Positions 17,601-28,127 of a stretch of DNA of 61,509 bases are shown in pieces. The position numbers and the translations under genes are program-made. This DNA comes from a virus. Its lineage: Duplodnaviria; Caudoviricetes. How positions within the stretch are numbered: the first letter of the stretch is position 1; every line of letters begins with the position of its first letter. The stretch lies in the IMG/VR virus record IMGVR_UViG_3300050011_000416, positions 1 through 61,509 of that record. One strand, 5' to 3'. Below the pieces are notes generated by a model. The model worked only from the letters and a program-made list of their open reading frames with translations. It searched no databases and was not told the origin of the DNA.

Positions 17601-19416
17601 CGTCGTCTTCCTCTAAAAGGTCGTCAATTTCCATCTCAATGAATTGCATCGTAAGTTCAACAGGACGTGGGGCAAAATAAGCAATAAGGGTATTTGGACT
17701 AACTTGTGCCATCAATTGCATATTTTGTAAGAAAAAGGGATCTCTCTTATAACGAAGCATGGGATCTGAGGTAGCCCCAATTGCACCAGTAAAGAATTCC
17801 TTAATCTCTCCAACATTTTGAAGCTTGTCCCATAATAGCTGAATTCGTTCGTTAAAGGGGATGTCGCCGCCAAGATATTTAGGAATGATATCCTTATCCA
17901 CATGAAGCAATACGTCGTTGTAAGTCATCGACGTTGGCATATCTTGCTGTAATCGTGTGGCTTCTTGTTCTTTAGATTCCGCATCCAGTCCAGCAAACTC
18001 AAGGACAACTATCTTAGCCAGAATGGGGTCAATGATTGGAATCAATCTTTGATTAAAGAAATTCTCAAAATGTTGCAAAAGAGGAACAAGCCCAGAATCT
18101 CTGGCAGCTTCCATCTTGAATTCGTTATTGGACTCAGATAGGGTTTGAGAATTCGAACCCTTAGAAAGATGGCCATATCCAGGAAGCTCATCCGGAGACA
18201 TCTGGAAAGTGGCTAGAATGTTCCTGGCGATCTGGTCATAAATGAACTCAAAACTGTCATCAGCTTTATCGTTGGCAAATGACAGCCACTCGATTTGTTC
18301 TTGGGGAGAAATACCCATCAAAGGAGTTCTGAAAGAATTCTGAACACCATTGATAGATGCCTGAAACTCTTGCCTAAACTTTTCTAGAGTAGGGCTATCG
18401 ACATCATCAGACTTAATAACCAAAGCACCACGAGTAGCGCGACCGTTTTGGAAGTAAAGTCTTTTCCACGTATCGATAGAGATATGTGTAGTTAAAGAAG
18501 AAATTACTGTCTCAATAGGAGGAATTGGATAACCATTTTTCTCAACGTCGGTAGATGGGAAAAAATCATGCATTAACAATTCTTTATGCGTAAAGTATTG
18601 TTTTGCAATGCCTTCTACCTGTTGACACCATGCGTATTTATCTTCTCTAAGCTTATCGTAATCAACTTTGATAGTGTCGCCAGTAATACGCTCAAGCTCT
18701 TTAATGGCCAAGATGCGAGTGTTTATGCCAGCTTGTTCTCCATTGCGAACCGTTTTGTAAATGGTTCCGGCGTCAATTGCCCTAAACCTATTAAATGGAA
18801 ACTCCCCATCTTTATCAGGAGCGGTTTCTCTGTCATAAATAACTTCTGTACCCATCCAGCCAAAGGTCAAAGCATTCTGAACCTGAATACCCAGAAATTG
18901 GCTTAGGGTAGTTTTCTGTTGATTTTCAAGACCTTCGGTGTGACCGCAATTTAATAGGATGGTCTCAAGACGCTTAATACGTTCAGTAACTTTTGCAAAC
19001 TGTTCTGTATTGAGGAGTTTGAGGAATTCAGACTTGATCCTAACCTGCATTCCCTTATCAAAACGATCTTTCCTCTTCTTACCGAACTGACTGAGCTGGC
19101 CGCCACGAGTTCTAAGAATTGCGGCAAGCAAATGGTCCTGAACTCGAACCATCTTAAGAATGCTGTCGGGGATCTCATTACGTTTGGACTTAACTACTCC
19201 AGCATAGGCATCGTTGTAGTTTGGGCTCTCCATGAAGGTAAGAGCTGGGGCACGCTCTGTGGCTTTACCAGTGGCGTCATTAAGGGCTTTCTGGAGAGGA
19301 TGCAAGTCCATTTTTGACTTTTGAAGTTCCTCAGTAGGACTCATATTAGAAGCATCGGGAAGAGTTAGGCTCATCCCCTTCTTAATAGCAGATTTTGGTT
19401 TACTGTCATTGATCAT
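17590..19416 (-). CDS. Portal protein
   Basis: 608 aa. NGYPIPPIE, YFQNGRATRGALVI, ARNILATFQMSPDEL and GLVPLL motifs resemble HK97/SPO1-type portals; lies after TerL. Confidence 0.85.
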   Translation of the reverse strand: MINDSKPKSAIKKGMSLTLPDASNMSPTEELQKSKMDLHPLQKALNDATGKATERAPALTFMESPNYNDAYAGVVKSKRNEIPDSILKMVRVQDHLLAAILRTRGGQLSQFGKKRKDRFDKGMQVRIKSEFLKLLNTEQFAKVTERIKRLETILLNCGHTEGLENQQKTTLSQFLGIQVQNALTFGWMGTEVIYDRETAPDKDGEFPFNRFRAIDAGTIYKTVRNGEQAGINTRILAIKELERITGDTIKVDYDKLREDKYAWCQQVEGIAKQYFTHKELLMHDFFPSTDVEKNGYPIPPIETVISSLTTHISIDTWKRLYFQNGRATRGALVIKSDDVDSPTLEKFRQEFQASINGVQNSFRTPLMGISPQEQIEWLSFANDKADDSFEFIYDQIARNILATFQMSPDELPGYGHLSKGSNSQTLSESNNEFKMEAARDSGLVPLLQHFENFFNQRLIPIIDPILAKIVVLEFAGLDAESKEQEATRLQQDMPTSMTYNDVLLHVDKDIIPKYLGGDIPFNERIQLLWDKLQNVGEIKEFFTGAIGATSDPMLRYKRDPFFLQNMQLMAQVSPNTLIAYFAPRPVELTMQFIEMEIDDLLEEDDDAS

Positions 19417-19419
19417 AGA

Positions 19420-20013
19420 TTAGCCCATTAAAGCAAAGAAAGTATTGGCAGTGAGGGTTCCAGAATTAGTAATAGTCAAGGAAGTCACAGGCCCAGACAT
19501 GAAAAATACTGCTGGCTGAATCGATCCGTTAACTTGGAAAGGCTGTAGAACCATTGCCGTACCCCCATTATATATCACGGAAACTTTCTGATCTGATTCC
19601 AAATAGATAAATGAGGCGGGTACATAGAAGCTAACGGATAGTCCAACGGTGGTCGTAGTGGCAGCATTAGAAAGCGTAACCGTGGACCCTACAATGGTAA
19701 CAACCGTAGTATTTGCTGGGATGCCCGTACCAACGACTAGAAGGCCTGGAATGACACCAGTTGTTGCTCCAGTAAGGGTCAGGGTAGTTGTGGAATTGAT
19801 ATTACCAACAGTGTTGGCGGCCAGTGTCAAAAATGAAGAAGGAATGATATTTGTGGTAGTTGTTGCAATAGGTATTTGAATTTGTTGACTATTTTCAAAA
19901 TTAAAAGGTACACCGTTAATCTCCCTAGACCACTTAAAATTACTCAATGCAGGAGTAGTGTTAGTAAGTAAGTCATTGTAAGCATTAAGGAAAAAAAGAA
20001 AATTGACCTTCAT
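19420..20013 (-). CDS. Putative virion structural protein (Thr-rich, beta-strand)
   Basis: GLLVVGTGIPANTTVVTI..STVTLSNAAT motif common in virion proteins. ATG 20013 with GGGGG SD and CAATCTTA motif upstream. Confidence 0.55.
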   Translation of the reverse strand: MKVNFLFFLNAYNDLLTNTTPALSNFKWSREINGVPFNFENSQQIQIPIATTTTNIIPSSFLTLAANTVGNINSTTTLTLTGATTGVIPGLLVVGTGIPANTTVVTIVGSTVTLSNAATTTTVGLSVSFYVPASFIYLESDQKVSVIYNGGTAMVLQPFQVNGSIQPAVFFMSGPVTSLTITNSGTLTANTFFALMG

Positions 20014-20047
20014 ATGGTATAGCCCCCTATATGATAAGATTGGCGGA

Positions 20048-21913
20048 TTAGATATTCCATGAAAAACCACCACGCTTGCCGGTTCCTCCGGTAGACACAG
20101 AGACTCCCATAGCTTTGGCAAGTTCTTTCTTCATCATTTCATGTTGTTCCTGAGTATGTTTTTGTTCTTCTGGAATTTGTGTTATACTGGGATCTACCAT
20201 AGTAATATTAGGTCTTTGGGGTCCACTAATAGGAAACATGTTCTGGCCAAGATATCTGAGGCTGTCTGCTATATCTGCTACTCCAGGGGTATCGTCCGGG
20301 GTAGACGTAACCTGACCTTGGCCATCCAAAAGAAACCTGTGTTTCATTATAGCGGTTCTTACTTTTTTAGTACTCTCGGTTTCTAGAATCTTGAGCAGTC
20401 TTTGTCCCGTAGCTGTCATTATTTTACTTCTAACAGAACCTATTCCTCCCATAACGTCCTTAACAAATTTTGGACAAGGGCAACCGTTTCTAACAAATGC
20501 TTTAATATAAGCTGGGGCCGATGTGTCACAATACCATTTCATCACATTATATTTTTCTTTAAAGTTTATTGCTACTGGAACTAAATCTTGTATCTCTAAT
20601 CTTGGACTCGCAAAACAATCGATAATCCAAACCTCTCCATTTGGAATTCTGGCCATTGCTAAAATAACTGCATCATGGGTATGGCCCCAATCTACTCCAC
20701 AATATACGGGAATATTTAAAGATTTAAGGATGGAATAAATAGAGTTGACATCGGTAGTGGATGGTGCTGGATTTCCAATAAGAGCTTCATAGGCCTGTTT
20801 TATAGAAATTAAATTACCATCCTTATTTTTATCTACATATCGAGGATATACCAATCCAGCAGAACCAACTTTCCAGCATAAAAGTTCTGATTCGGCAACA
20901 TCGACATCATTGTCTGCAAATTTTTGAAGCACCGAAACAATTGGTTTATAGAATCCGCCAGTAGCTGTTTGTGGTTTTTGAGAAAGTCTAGTTCTGCACA
21001 CAGGGAGTAGCTTGCAACCAACGCAACCTCCATGAACGTTTGGAATCATATCATACTTAGGCTTCTCAATATCCGGTAGACCGTTAAAATCATCTCCTGT
21101 AAGCTGGACAAGAGGAAGATTCCTAGCAACAAACATATCTTGTTTTGGCAATTCCGGTTTATGCCTTGTAATTGGGCACGCCTCGGTCACATCGAGAATA
21201 TTCCACGAAAGAATGGTGGAATTTGTTTCTTCAGCTTTATCTATGGCCTCTTGCATATTTCCGAAGGCGTACTTACGTGTTGAAAGATAAACCCTAATAC
21301 CGTAAAATCCTCTACTAAATCCTGTAATATTTTTACCTTGTTTGATAGCAGTAGGATCAGCTAAATCCAATTCATCCAAAAAAAGAAAATTAGCATGTAA
21401 GGAATTCATTCCTTTTGTAGTACATATTAGAATTTTAATAAATGGGGTTTTGCCTTCAGGAGTTTTATACTTAATAGTTCTCTTATTTTGGGTCATATTT
21501 TCCCATTTACTTATCTCAAGCAATGGGGCTATTTTTGTTATGAAATCTCCTATGTAACCTATGGCGACTGCAGACTGCTCCTCTGTAGCAGCGGCATGTG
21601 CAACTGTTCTAGAAAAATGTAACATAATCAAAAGCTCTAAAATGGCAACACTAACCGTTTTCATCCCTTCTCTGCAAGACATAAGTATAAAATTTGGCGT
21701 AACATCACCAGAATTATTCTTTGCTGCTTCGTAAATTTGCCAAATCGAGTCCAATGGAGAAGAGGAACTGCCAGGATCTGTAATTTCTAATGGAAGTTCA
21801 AGATCCAAAAAAGATAGTGCCCAGTCCTTTATGTCTTCGGCAGATTGCAGATGGTCGAACATGAGTCCTGCATACTCTTTTTTCTGATCATCTGTTAAGT
21901 TTTTAAAATCCAT
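20048..21913 (-). CDS. terL: Terminase large subunit
   Basis: Deviant Walker A MSCREGMKT, Walker B FLFLDELD, nuclease motifs GVDWG and DIADSLRY; upstream of the portal. Confidence 0.8.
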   Translation of the reverse strand: MDFKNLTDDQKKEYAGLMFDHLQSAEDIKDWALSFLDLELPLEITDPGSSSSPLDSIWQIYEAAKNNSGDVTPNFILMSCREGMKTVSVAILELLIMLHFSRTVAHAAATEEQSAVAIGYIGDFITKIAPLLEISKWENMTQNKRTIKYKTPEGKTPFIKILICTTKGMNSLHANFLFLDELDLADPTAIKQGKNITGFSRGFYGIRVYLSTRKYAFGNMQEAIDKAEETNSTILSWNILDVTEACPITRHKPELPKQDMFVARNLPLVQLTGDDFNGLPDIEKPKYDMIPNVHGGCVGCKLLPVCRTRLSQKPQTATGGFYKPIVSVLQKFADNDVDVAESELLCWKVGSAGLVYPRYVDKNKDGNLISIKQAYEALIGNPAPSTTDVNSIYSILKSLNIPVYCGVDWGHTHDAVILAMARIPNGEVWIIDCFASPRLEIQDLVPVAINFKEKYNVMKWYCDTSAPAYIKAFVRNGCPCPKFVKDVMGGIGSVRSKIMTATGQRLLKILETESTKKVRTAIMKHRFLLDGQGQVTSTPDDTPGVADIADSLRYLGQNMFPISGPQRPNITMVDPSITQIPEEQKHTQEQHEMMKKELAKAMGVSVSTGGTGKRGGFSWNI

Positions 21914-22868
21914 GTGAAGTTCCTAAGAAATTGAGGCACCTACTAATGCAAATTTCTTTATCTTTAATCCAATCTTCTTCTTTAATATGCAGAATTTGAA
22001 TGCCTTTTGAGGCAAACCAATCATCTTTGATCTTGTGGTAATTTAAGATGTCTTCATCTGACCATTCAGATTTATGAGAATCTTTTCTCATAAATTCAAA
22101 CGAATGATATCGAGTGCCATCAAATTCTATCCCTTTGTTTAATTCTTGAACAAAGATGTCTATTTCAAATCCTTTAATGTGCGGCCTATCGATGATAGAA
22201 ACTTTCATGTCCCTCATCTTCTTACTCTCTGGATAAATATTTTTTATTATACATAAAAGTTCGTTTTCTGCAATAGAAGAAGATCTAGATAGTTTCATAT
22301 GCTTACAAATTTGATCTATGACCCCTCTTCTAGAAGCCACTAAACTGGCTGAACTATTTTTTTGAAATTCTCCACGCGTTTTATATTGCAATGCTTCTTT
22401 TTGAAGTGTTTCTGGAGTCCAATGAATATAATTCTGCTCCATGTGAGAACAAAATTGATCAAAAAACCCCCTTCTTCTGATCAAATTATATGCGGATTCA
22501 TTACTGTATCTTAGTTCTTTCAGTGTTTTGTATTTTAAGGCTTCCAGTTTAAGCATTTCATCTGTCCAATAAATACATCCATCTACCATATGACTACAAA
22601 CAGAATCAATTATATTCATTCTATGTGCTGCCCGATAAGCTCCACAACTACCTTTTAGAAATTCATTTCTAGTTTTGTATTTTAGGGCTTCTAGTTCTAC
22701 TATATTTTTGGGCCAACTATTTTGAGCCTTGTGCATATGAGTACAAATTTGATCTAAGATATCTTTTGAAATAGCCGATCTATATGCACCACGGCTTCCT
22801 TTTTGAAAACTAAATCGTGTTTCATATTTTAAAGCTTCTGCTTGCAATAAATTTAATGTCCATTTCAT
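21903..22868 (-). CDS. Putative free-standing homing endonuclease (four ~49-aa repeats plus PD-(D/E)xK domain)
   Basis: Repeats W...EAL[KQ]Y[KE]T..., C-terminal FEIDIFV...GIEFDGTRYH...KGIQILHIKE. Start placed at ATG 22868, 4 nt after CAATCTTA. Confidence 0.65.
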   Translation of the reverse strand: MKWTLNLLQAEALKYETRFSFQKGSRGAYRSAISKDILDQICTHMHKAQNSWPKNIVELEALKYKTRNEFLKGSCGAYRAAHRMNIIDSVCSHMVDGCIYWTDEMLKLEALKYKTLKELRYSNESAYNLIRRRGFFDQFCSHMEQNYIHWTPETLQKEALQYKTRGEFQKNSSASLVASRRGVIDQICKHMKLSRSSSIAENELLCIIKNIYPESKKMRDMKVSIIDRPHIKGFEIDIFVQELNKGIEFDGTRYHSFEFMRKDSHKSEWSDEDILNYHKIKDDWFASKGIQILHIKEEDWIKDKEICISRCLNFLGTSHGF

Positions 22869-22907
22869 ATTATAAGATTGCCTTATTAACCTATAAAAGT
22901 CAAGCAC

Positions 22908-24701
22908 TTACTTCCTATTTAATGCTGGATTCTGATAGGCGTCGCTGTTTTCTGAGACTTTAGCCCATTCTTCATCCAATTTGGCCTCACTTCTTTCATA
23001 TGCAGCATCTCTAGGATGACAGACGATGCCTCCCAAAGTACCCAATACACCAGCAATTTCAACACTATTTCTCAATGCTTCACTCACAGCTTTTGTGGCA
23101 TCAAAAATTCCCAAGTCTTCGGCTTTACCGAATAGTTGGTTCTCAATGTCATAGACCTCACCAGGACTTTCAATCAGTCTAGTTAGAACCTCACTTGCCT
23201 CTTCCTCATGATATCCAGCATTATCCAGTAACCTGTTAAAAAGGGCCACCAATGATGGCATCAAGACTTCCCTGGCAGGATCTCCCTTTTCCAATTCTTC
23301 AGAGATTTTAAGAGTCATGTCTAGAACAACTCGACCCCCACCTGGCAAAACTCCGTGAGTAATGCTACTTCTGATAGAGCATACGGCATCTTCCGCGCGA
23401 TCTGCCCTTTCCTTGATGTCTGCGGGACTGGATCCAATAATAGTCAACTTAGCAATTCCAGAAGTAATTTTGGCAATTCTTTCTTCTAACCAACTAGACT
23501 CTGCTTTTGATTCCGCTCTCTTAAGTTGCTTCCTTAGTTCGTCCGCCCTATATTCAATATTGACCGCATCAGGGCTTCCTCCCAAAGTACTCCTGAAACG
23601 AGTAGCTTCAAAATTTTCCATCCCGGTTCCTAGATCTTCGATTGTAGCCGAATTTATTTGGTTCTTAAGTCCAAACACTTTGGCTCCGGTAAAGGCTGCC
23701 AGATCCGTCATCCAATGAGATTGGGCATTCATGAACTGTGCCATAGGAGCTTTAATGGGCACGATTCTTAGAGTTCCAGTTTGCTCAAAATTGAAAGATA
23801 GGGTGGAAATGACCGTCTCAGAGAAACCATTGGCTACAAGAATGATATTTTTAAGTTCTTTAGCAACTTCAGCTTTTTGACTTTCTGGAGCCTGCGTTAT
23901 CCTATCCTCGATGGCATTAAATAGGGGAGTTAGGGAAATAAGATCCATTAGGGCTCCATCGTATAGGATGAACTTTGGATTCTCTAGATAGCACCTTTGA
24001 TTTCCTTGATCGTTAATATAGGAAGGAAAATACTTGCCAGAACTCTCTTCTAGGCCTATAGGGATGGGATAGCCCTCTATCCTCTCCACCTTGTAGCCAC
24101 TTGGCCCTGGAAGCTCTCTAATAGTGACATGTGAGGCCTCGCCATAGCCAACTTCTTCAAAACACTGAAGAACTGCTTCAGCCAAAGCCTTCTCCCCATT
24201 TGCACTGATCGTAGCTACATTTAGGAGAAGATTTTTAGACTCTTCGGTAACCTTAATGCTTCGCTCTGCAATATATGGCAGAAGAGTTTCTTCCATGACC
24301 TTCTTGATACGTCTTACGGTCTTTTGGGGAGATTCTTTTGGATTGTTCTCACAAAAATCAAAGATATTACGGATGAGTTCATTTGCCAGTACAGCGGTAG
24401 TAGTCGTACCATCGCCACACTCATTAGCGGTCCTAAGAGAGCAGGAACGGGCTACCTCAATGATACTGTGCTTATATGGGTTCTGGTGGGCCATTGCCAT
24501 GAATACGGATATTCCGTCCTTACTGATTCTATCTGGTAGGCCCACATGGTCTGATTCAAGAAGCATCACTTTACCACCTGGTCCAAGGGTGCCTCCAACA
24601 AGACGACTAATATCCCCCATAGTTTCTAGAACAACATCTCTTATCTTATTGTTATCACTCAGATATATTTTGGGGGCCGTTTTAGCTTTTCTATAAGACA
24701 T
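22908..24701 (-). CDS. groEL: Phage-encoded GroEL-like chaperonin
   Basis: TLGPGG, SKDGISV, GDGTTT, ATISANG, RAEDA and PGGG motifs; AAAGGAG SD before ATG 24701. Confidence 0.9.
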   Translation of the reverse strand: MSYRKAKTAPKIYLSDNNKIRDVVLETMGDISRLVGGTLGPGGKVMLLESDHVGLPDRISKDGISVFMAMAHQNPYKHSIIEVARSCSLRTANECGDGTTTTAVLANELIRNIFDFCENNPKESPQKTVRRIKKVMEETLLPYIAERSIKVTEESKNLLLNVATISANGEKALAEAVLQCFEEVGYGEASHVTIRELPGPSGYKVERIEGYPIPIGLEESSGKYFPSYINDQGNQRCYLENPKFILYDGALMDLISLTPLFNAIEDRITQAPESQKAEVAKELKNIILVANGFSETVISTLSFNFEQTGTLRIVPIKAPMAQFMNAQSHWMTDLAAFTGAKVFGLKNQINSATIEDLGTGMENFEATRFRSTLGGSPDAVNIEYRADELRKQLKRAESKAESSWLEERIAKITSGIAKLTIIGSSPADIKERADRAEDAVCSIRSSITHGVLPGGGRVVLDMTLKISEELEKGDPAREVLMPSLVALFNRLLDNAGYHEEEASEVLTRLIESPGEVYDIENQLFGKAEDLGIFDATKAVSEALRNSVEIAGVLGTLGGIVCHPRDAAYERSEAKLDEEWAKVSENSDAYQNPALNRK

Positions 24702-24751
24702 AATCTCTCCTTTAGGAATATTCAAGTAACTTATATCATAGAAAAATAAGG

Positions 24752-24780
24752 TTGACTTTGTATTATGTTTGCCCTAAACT
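24752..24780 (+). promoter_or_regulatory. Sigma70-like promoter starting the plus-strand replication region
   Basis: TTGACT-17 bp-TAAACT. Confidence 0.55.
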
Positions 24781-24786
24781 GTACCC

Positions 24787-24984
24787 ATGAAGAAGACATT
24801 AGGATACGGAGTTAAATTTTCGAACGAAGATATGGATACCGCATATAAGGTCTATTGGCTTACGGGCCTTTATGGCTCTAAGAAAGAAGCTAGGGTTCAG
24901 CTTCAAAAGTATAAGAAAGAAGGAAAAGTACTCAAAAACGAAACCGTTTCAATTTTTAAGGTTGTAATGGAAGTACTTTCTTGA
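24787..24984 (+). CDS. Hypothetical protein
   Basis: Follows the promoter and overlaps the helicase start. Confidence 0.45.
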   Translation: MKKTLGYGVKFSNEDMDTAYKVYWLTGLYGSKKEARVQLQKYKKEGKVLKNETVSIFKVVMEVLS

Positions 24985-26489
24985 AATTACTCATTTCTTC
25001 TCCCTCCAAGGCTTTCTTGATTCAATATAGCGATGACGAACTTTATTGTCTAAGAAAGCTTCTTACCTATACCAATACTTCCGTCAAGCATCTTATCAAA
25101 CGCCATTATAGTAATTTCTACTGGAAAGATAAAAACCCATATACCTGGCAGGCACACCTAGAAGGTCTTCAGAAAGAATTAAGGAAGTGTCTGGTATTTG
25201 AAGAAGATGGCAAACCCTACATTCGTCCAGGATCTATTCCCTATTTGTCAGGACTTGAGTTAGAAGTCTTCAACGACGTTAAGTATCCTTCTCTAAGACC
25301 AATTCCTTGGAAACAACCTCTCCCTTTTACCCTACATCCCTATCAAGAAGAGTCCTGCACAAAACTACCAGAAGAGAAACAGGGGAATGTTAGCTTAACC
25401 ACGGGTTCTGGAAAAAGTGCTATTATATTAAAGATTTGCAAAGATATGGGGCTGAATGCTTGTATAGTCGCTCCAGGTAAGAGCGTATTCAATGAACTGA
25501 TAGGAAAATTTGAATTTCACTTTGGTAAAAAGCATGTTGGAATATTCGGAGATAGCAAGAAAAAGCTAGATAAGAAATTCACAATAGCTATTGGAGACTC
25601 TTTAGCTAATATTAAGCCTGATTCCCCAGAGTACGAATTCTTTTCCAACCTAGACGTGCTTATAGTAGATGAGAGCCATACCTTTGCCGCCGAATCGCTA
25701 GAGACGATCTGTCATGGTGTTTTAGCTAATATTCCCTATAGATTTTTTCTATCAGCTACCCAGGATCGTAATGATGGCAGTCTACCCCTTCTTCACTCTA
25801 TTATTGGGCGCACAGTATGTGAATTGGGTACGGCTGAGGCTATAGAAAAAGGTTACATTTGTTACCATGATTTTAGGATTATATCCGTTGATTCCTCAAA
25901 TCCCTTATTTCAAGAATCCGATCCATTAGCTCAAAAAAGAGCCCATTTATTAAACAATAGCAACATCGCAAAGTTCATTGCAAAATTGGCTAATGCAATG
26001 GCTACATCATATGGAAAGCAAACTTTGGTTCTATGTGAGGAACTATCTCAATTGGCAATGCTAGCGCCCCTCTTAACGGTTCCTTATGTTCTAGCCCATA
26101 GCGAAAAAAGAAAAGCGAGACTGATAGAATTAGGATTAGAAAAAGTAGATGTTGAAGAAAGCATTGAAAAGTTTAATAAAAATGAAGCCAAGGTATTAGC
26201 CACAACTAGCTGTTGTCATGTAGGGGTTAATATATTTCCAACCCATTCTACAGCCAATTGGATGGGCGGTGCCAGTTCAATAAAGACCAAACAGGCGGCT
26301 GTGGGCAGAAGCGTTCGTTTTGGTCGATCTAATCCATGGGCTGCAAAGTGTGTTCCCAAAGATAAGGCCACTATTTACGATTTTGACATTGAGAACAACG
26401 AAACAATGCATCGCCATTTGGAGTCTCGCCTGGAATGTTACCGTGAGAGTGGTACAGAGATAAGGCATATCAGATTAAAAAAAGGTTGA
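24981..26489 (+). CDS. Superfamily 2 DEAD/DEAH helicase (UvsW-like)
   Basis: LHPYQ, TTGSGKS, IVDESH, SAT and QAAVGRSVR motifs. Confidence 0.88.
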   Translation: MKLLISSPSKAFLIQYSDDELYCLRKLLTYTNTSVKHLIKRHYSNFYWKDKNPYTWQAHLEGLQKELRKCLVFEEDGKPYIRPGSIPYLSGLELEVFNDVKYPSLRPIPWKQPLPFTLHPYQEESCTKLPEEKQGNVSLTTGSGKSAIILKICKDMGLNACIVAPGKSVFNELIGKFEFHFGKKHVGIFGDSKKKLDKKFTIAIGDSLANIKPDSPEYEFFSNLDVLIVDESHTFAAESLETICHGVLANIPYRFFLSATQDRNDGSLPLLHSIIGRTVCELGTAEAIEKGYICYHDFRIISVDSSNPLFQESDPLAQKRAHLLNNSNIAKFIAKLANAMATSYGKQTLVLCEELSQLAMLAPLLTVPYVLAHSEKRKARLIELGLEKVDVEESIEKFNKNEAKVLATTSCCHVGVNIFPTHSTANWMGGASSIKTKQAAVGRSVRFGRSNPWAAKCVPKDKATIYDFDIENNETMHRHLESRLECYRESGTEIRHIRLKKG

Positions 26490-26554
26490 CGAACCCTTCA
26501 TGGTTTGGTACCTTTATTTAAGGCAAAAATTAATTTGTCTAAAAGGAGAATAAA

Positions 26555-26842
26555 ATGAATCGTGGACGACCAGGTGGAACTTATGACGGAGAGACTGTGG
26601 GCGGTATCGGATATATGCTTGGAGAGGCTCGGGCACAACGAGGGCTCACTTTGAGACAGGTAGCTAAGGCTATCGGCGTATCTCAGAGTTTTGTATCCAA
26701 TATTGAGCACGGAAGGGCACCTCTTCCTGCCAAATATGTATTGGCCATTTCCCGCCTTCTAAATCTGGATCATTCTACGGTTGCGTCCTTTTCTATTCAA
26801 AGGACTCGATCTTTTCAGAACTATAAGAAGGTTGCACTTTAA
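26555..26842 (+). CDS. XRE-family HTH transcription regulator
   Basis: RAQRGLTLRQVAKAIGVSQSFVSNIEHG. Confidence 0.85.
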   Translation: MNRGRPGGTYDGETVGGIGYMLGEARAQRGLTLRQVAKAIGVSQSFVSNIEHGRAPLPAKYVLAISRLLNLDHSTVASFSIQRTRSFQNYKKVAL

Positions 26843-26857
26843 TTTTTAGGAGCAAAA

Positions 26858-27655
26858 ATGGAATTCAAAGAGTTTGAAAGTATTGAGATTCTAGAATCGT
26901 TGGTTATTATAAGTGAAAAGATTCATGGGACTAATGCCCAAATTGCTATCGACGATTCTGGACAAAATATTTATGCAGGCTCTCGGAATCGCTGGATTAC
27001 TCCAGAAGATGACAATTATGGATTCGCTACATGGGTCTATGCCAACAAGACTGAATTGCTTGCCCTTTTAGGTCCAGGCAGACACTTCGGAGAATGGTAC
27101 GGATCGGGAATCGGTCCTGGATATGGTCTTAAAGAGAAAAGATTTGCTTTATTTAATACCTATCGTTGGACCAAGCTCAAACAGGATGGGCTTTTACTCC
27201 CACAAATGGATGTTGTCCCCGTATTGTATAGTGGAACTTTCACGCCAACCATCACTAGAGAAACGATGGACAAGCTCAAGAAAGACGGAAGTTCGTTAGT
27301 ACCAGGATACATGAAACCAGAAGGCGTCGTTATATTCTTTTCACGAACTAAGACCTATCTAAAGCAAGTCTTTGAGAAAGAAGATACTGGATGGGACAAG
27401 AAAGAAAAGAAGGAAAAGGCACCTAACGATCCTGCTCTAGATGCTGAGGTAGCAACATACCTTCAACCCGTAAGATTAGAAAAATTGATTATGAGAGATG
27501 ATCGCTATCTACGGGATTATCCAAAAAGCCTTGGAAACATTGCTAGTGACTATATTGCGGACTTGCTTAAAGAATCTCAACCAATCGAACCAAAGGTATT
27601 GGCTGAGTTGAGAAAGAAAGTCTTTGTTCTTATTAGGGAGAAATACGGAAAATGA
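26858..27655 (+). CDS. RNA ligase (Rnl2-like)
   Basis: SEKIHGTNA (motif I), FGEWYG, FALF, VPVLY and EGVV motifs. Confidence 0.8.
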   Translation: MEFKEFESIEILESLVIISEKIHGTNAQIAIDDSGQNIYAGSRNRWITPEDDNYGFATWVYANKTELLALLGPGRHFGEWYGSGIGPGYGLKEKRFALFNTYRWTKLKQDGLLLPQMDVVPVLYSGTFTPTITRETMDKLKKDGSSLVPGYMKPEGVVIFFSRTKTYLKQVFEKEDTGWDKKEKKEKAPNDPALDAEVATYLQPVRLEKLIMRDDRYLRDYPKSLGNIASDYIADLLKESQPIEPKVLAELRKKVFVLIREKYGK

Positions 27656-27957
27656 CCAGAGAAGACCGTCTAAAAGAAATAAGAGAGAAGGGTCCTCTAT
27701 ATGGGAGCGATGCTGAGTTCTTACTAGATGAGTTGGATGAAATGATAGAACAAAGGGATGCATATGGTGCATCAGTTGATGGTACCCATAAAACCGTCCT
27801 CAAGCTTGTTGCTAAAGTAGCCAAGCTTGAAGTCATTGAGAAGGCCACTAGGCATTTCATGGAGGGTTGTCACAAAGACTGGGATGATACGAGTGCCCGA
27901 ATGACTGCAATGAAAGAAGCCTTGGGCGGCTACAGCATTGAAAGGAAGAAAGAATGA
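27652..27957 (+). CDS. Hypothetical protein
   Basis: ATGA overlap with the upstream stop. Confidence 0.5.
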   Translation: MTREDRLKEIREKGPLYGSDAEFLLDELDEMIEQRDAYGASVDGTHKTVLKLVAKVAKLEVIEKATRHFMEGCHKDWDDTSARMTAMKEALGGYSIERKKE

Positions 27958-28127
27958 CAAAAGAAATTGAAATTCTATTAGATGGCCAAATTCTCACAAT
28001 GAAACTCCTATTTGGACTTACTGTTTGGGTCTTTGTAGATACTGGAATAATCGCTTACCTTCTCTTTCGTTAAAATAAATCAACTCTTATGATATAAGTC
28101 CTTAGAACCTAACAGTTCAGAGGACCT

